NCBI GenBank assembly: GCA_964566985.1
Contig: CAZMLG010000001.1
Coordinates: forward strand, 1 to 54,969
Direction: 5' to 3'
Length of the DNA stretch: 54,969 nucleotides
Origin: an uncultured Intrasporangiaceae bacterium
GTDB lineage: Bacteria > Actinomycetota > Actinomycetes > Actinomycetales > Dermatophilaceae
Part shown: positions 19,158-28,256 of the stretch, one piece after another
Layout of the letters: every line of letters starts with the position of its first letter
How positions within the stretch are numbered: the first letter of the stretch is position 1
Made by a program: the position numbers and the translations under genes
Notes under the pieces: model-generated
The model's input: only the letters and a program-made list of their open reading frames with translations
Told to the model about the DNA's origin: nothing
The model's database searches: none

Positions 19158-20107
19158 AAGTCCTCCCCGGAACGCAGCAGGTTGCGGATGTAGAGCGCGG
19201 TCACGCCGATCAACAGGATGGTCGTCACGACGGAAATGGCCGACCCGGTCCCGATGTCGAAGCCGACGAAGGCCTTCTTGTAGGTGTAGATCCCGAGCGT
19301 GCTCGTCGAATCCCCGGGGCCACCCTCGGTGAGCAACCAGATCTGGTTGAACACGTTGGTGTCCCAGATGATCGACAGAATGGTGATCAACAGCAGGGTC
19401 GGACGGAGGTAGGGGAGGGTGATGTTCCACCAGATGCGCCATTCGCCGGCACCGTCGATGCGTGCGGCCTCGATGGGGTCGGGCGGCACCTGGGTCATCG
19501 CGGCATACAGCGTCAGGGTCACGAACGGCACGGCCTGCCACACGATGAGCAACCAGATGGACGTGTAGGCGAGCGGCGTGTGATTGGCCCAACTGGTGTC
19601 GGTCATGTTGCCGAAGATGTGTAGTTGGGTGAGAAGCCAGTTGACGATGCCATATCCCGGCTGGAAGAGCCAGTTCCAGACCATCGACGAGGCGACGTTG
19701 GGCATGGCCCACGCCATGATGAGCACGATGGTGACCACGTATCGCATCCCCGTGGCGATCCTGGTCATCAGGTGTGCGACGGCTGCGCCGATGGCCATCG
19801 TGCCGAGGACCATGGCAGCCGTGAACCAGACGGTGCGCAACACGGAGTGCCAGAACGCGCCGCTGGTGAAGATCTGCCGGTACTGGTCCAAGCCCACGAC
19901 ATCGAAGTCGCCGGTGAACAGCGACCGCTGGTCGTAGTTGGTGAACGAGGAGAAGATGAGGAACCCGATGGGGAGCACCGTCACCGCGAGCACGACGAGA
20001 CCTGCGGGGCTCAGCAGGATCCAGGGCGTGAAGTCCTTGCGGCGTTTGGGCGTCACCCCGGGCGGGGCGGTCTTCGGCACCGGCCTGGAGGGGGCCGAGA
20101 TCGACAT
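19154..20107 (-). CDS. Carbohydrate ABC transporter permease (MalF-like)
   Basis: EAARIDGA...ITLP loop and LTEGGP motif. Confidence 0.9.
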   Translation of the reverse strand: MSISAPSRPVPKTAPPGVTPKRRKDFTPWILLSPAGLVVLAVTVLPIGFLIFSSFTNYDQRSLFTGDFDVVGLDQYRQIFTSGAFWHSVLRTVWFTAAMVLGTMAIGAAVAHLMTRIATGMRYVVTIVLIMAWAMPNVASSMVWNWLFQPGYGIVNWLLTQLHIFGNMTDTSWANHTPLAYTSIWLLIVWQAVPFVTLTLYAAMTQVPPDPIEAARIDGAGEWRIWWNITLPYLRPTLLLITILSIIWDTNVFNQIWLLTEGGPGDSTSTLGIYTYKKAFVGFDIGTGSAISVVTTILLIGVTALYIRNLLRSGEDL

Positions 20108-20171
20108 GGTGAGTCCTTCGCGGGTGGGGCCGGTGGCCCGGGCGCAGGGAGCCCGGGCCACCAGGTGCGTG

Positions 20172-21500
20172 TCAGCCTTGGCCGTTGAGCGTCTTGTTCG
20201 CCGCCGTGTCGAAGTCCGCCGCGGCCTGCTTCACGGACTTGCTCCCGGACGCGATGCTGGAGAACAGGTGGTTGATGGCCTTCGTCCCCTCGATGTCCGT
20301 CCAGTTCGGGCTGGCCGGGGTGGCCTTCGACTTCAGGGCCGCGGTGAAGAACGGCTTCTGCAGCGCAGGAACCTTGGCGGAGGCCTTCTTGGCCGACTCC
20401 TCGCTGTTCGGGATCCACTTGTCGTGCCCGAAGACCCACTTCTGCTGGATCGTGGGGGAGCTCGCGATCTTCAACCACTTGAGAGCGAGATCCTGGTTCT
20501 TGCTCTTTGCCGCGACGGCCCAGTCGGATCCACCCAGCATCACGGGCTGATTGCCACCGGAGATTCCCGGCATCGGGAAGGCGCCGAGATCGGACTTCTT
20601 GAGCTTGGGGTTGTCCTTGAGGACCGTCTGGATGTAGGCATTCGTCTCGATGAACGCAGACGCCTTGCCCTGAGCGAAGATCGTGTCTGCCGGCGGCTTG
20701 TCCGTGTCCAGGGTGCGCGAGGCCTTCGTCGAGAACTCGTTCTGGAACTTCTTGAACGCCTTCAGACCCTTCTGAGCCTCGGGGCTCTCGAAGCCGGCGG
20801 TCCACTTCCCGTCCTTCTCGGTCGCGATCTCACCGCCGGCATCCCAGACGAACTGCAGTCCGGCATACCAGAACTGACCGGGGAAATACATCGCCGAGAA
20901 ATCATTGCTCGGGTGCTTCGCCTTGATCTTGCGCAGGTCGGAGACCAGTTCGTCGAACGTCGTCGGCGCTTCGGTGATGCCGGCCTTCTTCCACATCGTC
21001 TTGTTGTAGATGACGGCCCGCGCGCCCGCGAAGCCCGGGACGCCATACAGCTTGCCGTCGATGGTCGCCGGGTCCTCGAGGCCGCCGAGCCATTTCTGGC
21101 CCTGCTCCAGGTCCGTCTTCTGCGAGGTGAGGTCCATCAGCGCGCCCTTCGAGGCGTAGCTGGCGACCTGGGTGTTGCCCATGTCGATCACGTCCGGTGG
21201 GTTGTCCGTGGCCAACGCGGAGGTCACCTTGGTCGTGATGCCGTTCCACTGCTGAAGCTGGAGATCGACCTTGGCGCCGGTCTGCTTCTCGAACTTCTTC
21301 TTGATCGCCTTCATCGTCTCCGGCGTGTAGTCGCCGTTCATATACCAGACCGTGAGCGTTTTCGAGCTGGATCCGCCCGAGCCGCCCGAGCCGCCCGAGC
21401 CGCCGGCGTCGTCCGATGATCCACCTCCGCCGCAGGCGGCGAGGGCACAGGTGGCAGCGGTGCCGAGGGCCAGGGCCGCGCCCATTCGTGTAGTGCGCAT
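20172..21500 (-). CDS. Sugar ABC transporter substrate-binding lipoprotein (DasA-like)
   Basis: Lipobox LAAC, GGS-repeat linker, PDVIDMGNT, DGKLYGVP and LGGS motifs. Confidence 0.88.
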   Translation of the reverse strand: MRTTRMGAALALGTAATCALAACGGGGSSDDAGGSGGSGGSGGSSSKTLTVWYMNGDYTPETMKAIKKKFEKQTGAKVDLQLQQWNGITTKVTSALATDNPPDVIDMGNTQVASYASKGALMDLTSQKTDLEQGQKWLGGLEDPATIDGKLYGVPGFAGARAVIYNKTMWKKAGITEAPTTFDELVSDLRKIKAKHPSNDFSAMYFPGQFWYAGLQFVWDAGGEIATEKDGKWTAGFESPEAQKGLKAFKKFQNEFSTKASRTLDTDKPPADTIFAQGKASAFIETNAYIQTVLKDNPKLKKSDLGAFPMPGISGGNQPVMLGGSDWAVAAKSKNQDLALKWLKIASSPTIQQKWVFGHDKWIPNSEESAKKASAKVPALQKPFFTAALKSKATPASPNWTDIEGTKAINHLFSSIASGSKSVKQAAADFDTAANKTLNGQG

Positions 21501-21582
21501 CTGTTCTCCTTGATTCCATCCGTATTTCGTGTTCGTCGTATCGAGTTCGGGGCGTCGGCGCGCCGGAATGAGCCTTCGTATG

Positions 21583-22752
21583 TCACATCACCCCGAGTTG
21601 TGTGGAGAGCACGCGGGAGGCGGCGCCGAGCAGGATGAGGTCACCGTCGTCGGTGATGGGCTCGACGTCGACGGTCGTGTTGATGATCGGGAGCATGCGG
21701 TCGTTGGTGGTCACCGTTGCGGCGTCGACGAAGTCGTGGGTGATCAGGTGGGACGGGCCGATCACGATGACCTTGGAGAGGTCCAGGCCGATGGCGAGCG
21801 GTGCGAGGAGGATCCCGAGCGCATGCCCGGCGGAGGTCAGGACGGACTGCCGGTCCGTGGAGTCCGCGTCGAGTGAATGTGCCGCGGTGATGTAGGTCTC
21901 CAGGCATCCCCGTCTGCCGCAGCGGCACAGATCTCCGGACTCGTCGATGGTCAGGTGGCCGACCTCACCGGCTGCGAAGTGTTCGCCCTCGATGAGCTTG
22001 CCGCCGATGACGACACCCATGCCGACGGCGCCTTCGACCGATACGACGATGAGGTCACGCCGCTCGACGCCGCGGAAGTGACGCACGCCGAGTGCAGCCA
22101 TGCCGATGTCGTTGCCGACCACGACGGGGACCTCGAATTCCTCTGTGAGGCGTGCCGCCAGCGGCAGGTCGACCCAATGGACGTGCTGGCCGAACCGCAC
22201 CGTTCCCTCGTCGTCGATGATGCCGGGTGTGCCCACCCCCATCCCGAGCACAGGTTTCGCCGCGAGATCGAGCAACTCGCGACCGAAGGAGACGATGTGA
22301 CGGTAGGCCTCCTGGCCGGTGGCGCCGTCCATGTCGCGATCGGCGCGGGCGACGATCTCCCCTCGCAGGTTGAGCACGGCGCCGGTGATGTGTTCGGCAC
22401 TGGACAGGTCGACGGCCACGATGTGCATCGCGTGGTCGTCGAGCTGGAGCATCGTCGCGGGTTTGCCGACACGATGCTCGGTACGAACGCCGACATCGGT
22501 GACCAGGTGCTCGTCGAGCAACTCGCCCACGAGTGCGGAGACGGTCGGCCGGGTGAGCTTGGAGGCCCTCGCAAGATCCGAGCGGCTCATCGGTCCCGCC
22601 TGGTAGAGGGTGCGCAGCACGAGGGCACGGTTGTGGACGCGGTTGTCCTGTGAGACGGCCTTCTCGGGGGAGCGACGCTTACGCGGCACGGGGGCGACCC
22701 GCACCACGTCACCGACGTGGGACGTCGCCGGCACCGCGTCATCGTCGCTCAT
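21583..22752 (-). CDS. ROK family transcriptional regulator
   Basis: N-terminal HTH (SRSDLARASKLTRPTVS), AGEVGH and CRCGRRGCLE zinc motif; AGAGG RBS before ATG 22752. Confidence 0.92.
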   Translation of the reverse strand: MSDDDAVPATSHVGDVVRVAPVPRKRRSPEKAVSQDNRVHNRALVLRTLYQAGPMSRSDLARASKLTRPTVSALVGELLDEHLVTDVGVRTEHRVGKPATMLQLDDHAMHIVAVDLSSAEHITGAVLNLRGEIVARADRDMDGATGQEAYRHIVSFGRELLDLAAKPVLGMGVGTPGIIDDEGTVRFGQHVHWVDLPLAARLTEEFEVPVVVGNDIGMAALGVRHFRGVERRDLIVVSVEGAVGMGVVIGGKLIEGEHFAAGEVGHLTIDESGDLCRCGRRGCLETYITAAHSLDADSTDRQSVLTSAGHALGILLAPLAIGLDLSKVIVIGPSHLITHDFVDAATVTTNDRMLPIINTTVDVEPITDDGDLILLGAASRVLSTQLGVM

Positions 22753-22769
22753 CGAGCCACCTCTTCTGG

Positions 22770-22790
22770 TTAGTAATGAGGAATTACTAA
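22770..22790. promoter_or_regulatory. Probable ROK repressor operator
   Basis: Perfect AT-rich inverted repeat TTAGTAAT-GAGGA-ATTACTAA just upstream of the ROK gene that heads the ABC/GH20 cluster. Confidence 0.7.
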
Positions 22791-22929
22791 ATGCGTCTGA
22801 CAAAAGCTATGACGCAGATCACCACAGCGTCAAGAGCTTGTTATTCATTCGTGACCTGCGATGGGACGGGGTGCCGTGCAACGCTCGTAGGGGCGTCGCC
22901 GACGCCGGTCGACGAAAGAGGAGGAATGG

Positions 22930-23766
22930 ATGCGCGTCGTGGTGACAGGTGCGGCGGGGTGCCTCGGCTCGGTCCTGGCACGACAGTTGGTGGAGGACGG
23001 GCACGACGTCATCGGTGGCACACACCGTGCGCCCGCTCACGGCATACCGAGCGTCGTCATGGAGATCACGGACGGGCCGGCCTTGGAGGATGAGTTCGCG
23101 CGTCTCGCACCGGATCTGGTGTTCCACACGGCGTTCGACAAGGCCGACTGGCGCGTGACGGCGACGGGCGCGGCGAACGTCGCGCGGGCCACGACGGCGG
23201 TCGGGGCCGGCCTGGTGCACGTCTCGTCCGATGCCGTGTTCTCGGGGGAGAAGGCGGGGTATGCCGAGGACGACGTGCCCGACCCGATCTTCCCCTACGG
23301 TGCGGCGAAGGCCGCAGCGGAGGTTGCCGTCCGTGCCGTCGCCCAGGACGCGACGATCGTGCGCACCTCACTCATCCTCGGCACTGGCGCGTCGCCGACG
23401 GAGCGTCTCGTGCACGCCCTGGCCGGCGGCGACGCCGACGGTGTGTTGTTCACGGACGACATCAGGTGCCCGATCCACGTCGACGATCTGGCAGCGGGCC
23501 TGCGTGACCTGGCGGGTCAGGCGGGGATGTTTCACCTGTCCGGTCCGGACGCGCTCTCGCGCCACGAGATCGGCCGGTTGGTCTGTCGGCGAGACGGCCT
23601 GGACCCGTCGGGCATCGAGCGGGGGTCGAGGAGAGCGGCAGGCATCCGCGGGCCACTGGAAGTGCGCCTGCGCTCGACATGGACCCGGTCTCGACTGACG
23701 AAACGGATCAGAGGTGCCCGCGAATTCCTCGCGGCCGCAGGGAATCCCGGGGATCTCAATGTATGA
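22930..23766 (+). CDS. dTDP-4-dehydrorhamnose reductase-like SDR (RmlD family)
   Basis: TGAAGCLG, HVSSDAVFSG, YGAAK and CPIHVDDLA motifs. Confidence 0.82.
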   Translation: MRVVVTGAAGCLGSVLARQLVEDGHDVIGGTHRAPAHGIPSVVMEITDGPALEDEFARLAPDLVFHTAFDKADWRVTATGAANVARATTAVGAGLVHVSSDAVFSGEKAGYAEDDVPDPIFPYGAAKAAAEVAVRAVAQDATIVRTSLILGTGASPTERLVHALAGGDADGVLFTDDIRCPIHVDDLAAGLRDLAGQAGMFHLSGPDALSRHEIGRLVCRRDGLDPSGIERGSRRAAGIRGPLEVRLRSTWTRSRLTKRIRGAREFLAAAGNPGDLNV

Positions 23767-24451
23767 TGCAGGTCGTGAGGGACGCATGGGGCAGGCTGAG
23801 TCCGAGCCAGCGGCAACGCGTGAGCGACTGGGTCCCGGACGCTCGGGTCGAGGCCGACCACAGCTGGGGGCTGGTGGAGACGACGGTGCTCGAGCTGGTG
23901 AGTGAGCAGGGCCGCCTCATCGTCAAGGCCGGGGGAGACGCCGATCGCCACATCGCGCGGGAGATCCGTGCCCACCGGCGGTGGGTCGGCGTGTGGGCCC
24001 GAGAGGGGTATGCGCCGGCCCTGAGACATGCGGACATCGACGCCAAGCTGCTCGTCACCGACTATCTCCCCGGCGTCCTCGTCGAAGGCCGGCCGGCCCG
24101 ACGTACGGCGGATACGTTTCACCAGGCGGGCGTGCTGCTCGCACAGTTCCACGGGCAGGCCGACGAGTGGGACCCCACTTGGAACGAAGAGTGTCGCGCA
24201 CGGGTGGAGCGCCAACTGAGTCTGCCGCATCGGATCGCTCCCGAGACCGAGCGAAGAATCAGGACTTCGCTCGCGACGCCGGCCTGGAGGCGGCCTTCCT
24301 GGCGGGTTACGGATCGGACCCGCGCACGCCCGACTCGTGGCGTCGGGCGCAGGTGAGTGAGGCCATCGGAACGGCGACCTGGGCCTACCGGGTCGGAGAC
24401 GTGAGCTTCGAGCGGCTCGGCCACGAGTTCCTCGCGCGCCTCTATCCATGA
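23763..24451 (+). pseudogene. Aminoglycoside-phosphotransferase/kinase-like gene, frameshifted and probably internally deleted
   Basis: The N-part (IVKAG...REIRAH...FHQAGVLLAQFH) and C-part (DFARD..LEAAFLAGYG) are in different frames, joining near 24260; no HGD..N or DFG catalytic motif is present. Confidence 0.7.
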
Positions 24452-24521
24452 TGCGGACACGCGTCGCTTCTCGGCCGTGACCCCGGGATGGGTGCTCCGC
24501 GACCTCTGACACGATGGATCC

Positions 24522-25046
24522 GTGTCGGCATACGATTACGAACTCGCCCTCGAGACCGAACGGCTGATGTTGCGGCCATGGCACGAGTCCGAAGCGGCCA
24601 TCCAGCACGCGCTCTGGGCCGAGCGCGACCCGCGCGTCCCGCCGTCACGGCGAATCGGGCCGAGCGGACAGCCGACGGTGCAGGACCTCGCGGAGAGGAT
24701 CCGCGAGAGCGATCCCTCGGACACCTTGGGACTGCTTGCGGCGGAACGTATCACCGATGGTGAGGTCGTCGGCTGCGCCGGACTGTTCGAAGGGCGAGGG
24801 CTCGTGGGGGAGCCGGAACTGGCCTTCGAGATGCTGCGCGTTCACTGGGGGCAGGGGTACGCGACGGAGGCGTCCTGGGCGGTGCTCGGCTGGGCACGAG
24901 ATTCCGGCTTTCGGCGTGTGTGGGCCACAGTCAGTGACTGGAACACGAAGTCGTTCCGCGTCCTGGACAAGCTCGGCTTTGTCAGGACGGATCGCGTCGA
25001 GCACGAGGAGAGCGGAGACACGGTCTTCTTGACCAAAGCGTTGTGA
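24522..25046 (+). CDS. GNAT acetyltransferase (RimJ/RimL type)
   Basis: LETERLMLRP, HWGQGYATEA and N.KSFRVLDKLGF motifs. Confidence 0.85.
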   Translation: MSAYDYELALETERLMLRPWHESEAAIQHALWAERDPRVPPSRRIGPSGQPTVQDLAERIRESDPSDTLGLLAAERITDGEVVGCAGLFEGRGLVGEPELAFEMLRVHWGQGYATEASWAVLGWARDSGFRRVWATVSDWNTKSFRVLDKLGFVRTDRVEHEESGDTVFLTKAL

Positions 25047-25174
25047 CCGCGTGTCGGCGGGAAGGGCGCGCCGCGCACGAGACGCGGCAGGTGGCGTCTA
25101 CGGTAGCGGGCATGCACTGTGACAAGACGTCGCGCCCACCGACCGGCCGCCGCCCTCAGGACGGGTCGAGCCTC

Positions 25175-26239
25175 ATGCGCCGGCATCGGTATGCCGTGAC
25201 CACGGCGATCGCGGTCCTGGCCCTGAGCACCGCAGCGTGTTCCGGAGGCTCGGGCGATTCCGCAGCCAGCACGGCGGCTCACACCTCACCCGGTGAGACG
25301 TCGTCGGCGGCCTCGCCGTCTCCCACTGCCACGGGTCACAGCAGCCGCAGCACCCCCGCTGCGCCGACGTCCACGAAGCGGCCGAAACGGCATACGGCTC
25401 GTGCGAAGCATGACCCGTTGACCGGGGGAGAGCGGTCGAAGAATCCCGTCGTCGCCGTCAAACTGGAGAACACCCCGGCCGCCATGCCGCAGATCGGCTT
25501 GTCGCGGGCGGACCTGGTCTTCGTGGAGGAGGTCGAAGGGGGACTGACCCGGTTGATGCCGATCTATCACACCAGCTTCCCGAAACGGGTCGAACCGGTG
25601 CGCAGCGCCCGCAGCACCGACATCGGGATCCTGCCGATGTTCGGCCACCCGACGCTGGTCTATTCGGGGGTGGCGTCGCAGGTCCGCAAGAGATTGACAA
25701 AAGCTCCGATCAAGCTCGTCGACAACGGGACACGGGACTCGCGCCGCGCGGCTCCACACAACCTCTATTTCGACGTGCAGCGCGTGGCGCGGCGGATCGG
25801 TCACCGGCGGACCACGGACATCGGGTTGCGTTTCGCCAAGCATGATCCCAGGGTGCGCAAGGCACCGAAGCGCAACAGCTTCACCGTCGGGGTGGGCAGC
25901 GACCGATTCGCCTTCACCTACAAGGGATCTCACTACCTGCCCAGCTGGAACGGACGGCCTTACACCGACGCGGGTGCGGGCGGCAAGCAGGTGACGGCGA
26001 AGAACGTGCTCGTGCTCCATGTCCGCGAGGAGTCCGACAACTACAAGGATCCGGCCGGAAACCCGGTGTACCGTTCCGTCTCGACCGGATCGGGGAAGCT
26101 CGCGCTCTATCGCAACGGCAAGAAGCTCGCAGGCACGTGGCATCGTGCGGCGGCGAGCAAGCCGTTCCGCCTGCTCGGCTCCGGCGGCAAACGGCTGAAA
26201 CTCGCGCCGGGGAAGACCTGGATCCTGTTGAGGCCGTGA
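25175..26239 (+). CDS. DUF3048 domain lipoprotein
   Basis: Lipobox TAAC, Ser/Thr/Pro linker, [34 protein letters not shown] and PGKTWI motifs. Confidence 0.8.
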   Translation: MRRHRYAVTTAIAVLALSTAACSGGSGDSAASTAAHTSPGETSSAASPSPTATGHSSRSTPAAPTSTKRPKRHTARAKHDPLTGGERSKNPVVAVKLENTPAAMPQIGLSRADLVFVEEVEGGLTRLMPIYHTSFPKRVEPVRSARSTDIGILPMFGHPTLVYSGVASQVRKRLTKAPIKLVDNGTRDSRRAAPHNLYFDVQRVARRIGHRRTTDIGLRFAKHDPRVRKAPKRNSFTVGVGSDRFAFTYKGSHYLPSWNGRPYTDAGAGGKQVTAKNVLVLHVREESDNYKDPAGNPVYRSVSTGSGKLALYRNGKKLAGTWHRAAASKPFRLLGSGGKRLKLAPGKTWILLRP

Positions 26240-26305
26240 GCATCAGCCCTGTACCCCTGCTGGAGTCGTCCTGAGTCCGGCGTTGCCTTCGATGCAGCAG
26301 GCTCA

Positions 26306-27108
26306 TCATCCGGCTGACTGCTCCCTCACCGGCGCCCCAAGGATCACGCCACCGGAGGGAGTCAGGATCTGCCGGTAGATCCCTGTCGTCTCGAGACCGT
26401 ATGACTCCAGGCTCGCGTCGAGGCTGATCCACGCGTCGCCGATGTCGGATGGTGCGTCATCGAAGCGGACGGTGACCCCTGGATTGGCTGCGCCGATCTC
26501 GACCACCGCCAATTCGGATGCCCCTGGGTATCGATGTGCTCGGTGCCGACAGTCACGGCGATGGTGTCCGGGTCGGTCCCGCCGTCGTAGGTCAGCACGA
26601 TCTCACTGTCGGTGACCCCGAGCTTGCCGAGCTCGTCGCGCAGCCGGGGGAGTAGCCCTGAGATCGCCTCGCCGATCTCGGACTCGTCGCGGACGGTGGC
26701 TTGAAGCGACAACAGGCGGAGGGCGGGAAGTGCTTCGAGCTCGATTGTTCGCATGATCGTGTCGCGTCCTTTCTTGATGGCTTCGAGGCGCTTACGCACC
26801 TCCGTGAGACGCGCTGAGGCTTCGTCGACTTGGGCCACGAGATCGTGCTCTCGCACCCGGAGGATTTGTATCAGCCGGGCTTCGGTCAGCTGGGCGTGAT
26901 CGAGGAGGTCGATGATTTCGGCGAGCGTGAAACCTACGGACCGCAGGGTCGAGATCGCACGAATCTGACCGACTTGCGTCCGTGCATATCGCCGATAGCC
27001 CGTGAACGTGTCAACCGCGGCCGGAGATATCAATCCGACCTGTTCCCAATGCCGCAGCATCCGCCGGGAGACCCCGGTGAAGTGCGCAATCTCTCCGATG
27101 CTCAACAT
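26306..27108 (-). pseudogene. MerR family regulator with GyrI-like effector domain, 1-nt frameshift near 26515
   Basis: MerR HTH (IGEIAHFTGVSRRMLRHWE...GYRRY); the C-terminal ORF 26306-26512 continues the protein in another frame, and adding one G (CCG GAA TTG) restores it; a sequencing error is possible. Confidence 0.72.
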
Positions 27109-27126
27109 GTCGATACCGATCTGATG

Positions 27127-27149
27127 CCCTCACACGGTGTCAAGGTCAA
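27127..27149 (-). promoter_or_regulatory. MerR-type promoter/operator (autoregulatory)
   Basis: The minus strand reads TTGACC followed by the imperfect dyad CCTTGACAC-C-GTGTGAGGG overlapping the -35/-10 spacer, as at MerR/TipA operators. Confidence 0.55.
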
Positions 27150-27178
27150 GAGGATAGCTCTGATGCAGTTTTGCACCT

Positions 27179-27316
27179 TATAGCGTCACGAACCGTCGAC
27201 ACCGGGGCCACGCCGTCACGAGTGTTGACGGTTCGTTGCGCTATAGCGTCACGAACCGTCGACACCGGGGCCACGCCGTCACGAGTGCTGACGGTTCGTT
27301 GCGCTATAGCGTCACG
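27179..27316. repeat. Tandem array of 63-bp palindromic units (2 full units plus a 12-bp partial)
   Basis: TATAGCGTCACG occurs at 27179, 27242 and 27305; the two full units differ at one base; each unit is a hairpin TAGCG..ACGAACCGTCGACAC/GTG(T/C)TGACGGTTCGT..CGCTA. Confidence 0.9.
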
Positions 27317-27380
27317 GGTGGCAGTCCCATGGGGGCGATCCTCATTCGGCGGCCGATCCACAACGAGTCGGGGGACCGTC

Positions 27381-27408
27381 GTCATCATGCAGTCGGGCCC
27401 ATGATGAC
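27381..27408. repeat. Perfect 9-bp inverted repeat next to the XerD arm of dif
   Basis: GTCATCATG-N10-CATGATGAC. Confidence 0.7.
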
Positions 27409-27414
27409 TGTCCT

Positions 27415-27442
27415 ACTTGACATAATGTAGATTATCGGATGT
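27415..27442 (-). other. dif: Chromosomal dif site (XerC/XerD dimer-resolution site)
   Basis: The minus strand reads ACATCCGATAA-TCTACA-TTATGTCAAGT, an 11-6-11 architecture with the TTATGTCAAGT XerD arm typical of actinobacteria (E. coli has TTATGTTAAAT); AT-rich and intergenic. Confidence 0.9.
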
Positions 27443-27469
27443 TTTGAGGATGGCCGAACACTGCACCCG

Positions 27470-28087
27470 TCACGCGTGTGCCGGGACCTCGATCGACATC
27501 ACGCAGTTCTTCATCCCTTTGGGCCGCACATAACGGAATCCCAGACGTTCGTACAGCCGGCGTGTGCCGTTGTAGAGGAACGACGACGACATCTTCTTCG
27601 TCTGGTGCGTCAGGTCGTGCGGATACGACTCGACGACGCCACCGCCGGCGCGTGCGATGAGGTCGAGCGCGCCGCGGATCGCGACTTCGGTGATGCCTCG
27701 GCGTCGAAATCGCCGATCGACGAAGACACACGTGATCCGGTAGTCGGGATCACCATCCTTCTCCGCCTCGTACTGTTTGCGATGGTGGATGTCGGGCAGC
27801 TCTGCCGGTGTCCCGAATTCTGCCCAGGCGATCGCCTCTCGTCCTTCGTCCCCGTCGTGCATCACGAGCGCGGCGTGGGCGATGCCCTCCTCGACCATGC
27901 ACTTCTTGAACGCCCGGTTGCCCTCATAGCCAGGGACGTGATCGTCGCGGTCGGCGTGGAACGCGACGCACCAGCATCCGCTGAAGATGCCGTTGTGCCG
28001 GGCCACCAGAGCCTCGAACTCCGGCCAGGTCTCGGGGCTCAGAGCTGCGACCTCGAAGGTCGCCTCGGTGGTTGCCTCGGTGCTCAT
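27470..28087 (-). CDS. GNAT family acetyltransferase
   Basis: GCWC, ITCVFVDRRFRRRG, VESYP and LYERLGF motifs; TAAGGT-N6-ATG leaderless start. Confidence 0.85.
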   Translation of the reverse strand: MSTEATTEATFEVAALSPETWPEFEALVARHNGIFSGCWCVAFHADRDDHVPGYEGNRAFKKCMVEEGIAHAALVMHDGDEGREAIAWAEFGTPAELPDIHHRKQYEAEKDGDPDYRITCVFVDRRFRRRGITEVAIRGALDLIARAGGGVVESYPHDLTHQTKKMSSSFLYNGTRRLYERLGFRYVRPKGMKNCVMSIEVPAHA

Positions 28088-28256
28088 CGACCCACCTTAG
28101 AACGGTGGGCGCACCGTGTGGCCCGGATCACCCGATCGATGTGCTGGATACGTGGGATCCCCGCACACTCTGTGCCGCCAGGGCCTCGTCTAGGCTCGAG
28201 ACCGTGGGCACGGACGCTTCCGCGGCCACGGCATACCGGCACCAGAGCAAGCGAAC

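Noticed and set aside
21374-21405. 9-bp tandem repeat GCCGCCCGA
   Set aside because: It encodes the Gly-Gly-Ser linker of the lipoprotein; ordinary
27179-27316. CRISPR array interpretation of the 63-bp repeats
   Set aside because: The units are near-identical over their whole length, there are no unique spacers, and there are no cas genes in the window
27146-27430. Three short ORFs across the 63-bp array
   Set aside because: They are open only because the period is a multiple of 3; no RBS or family signal
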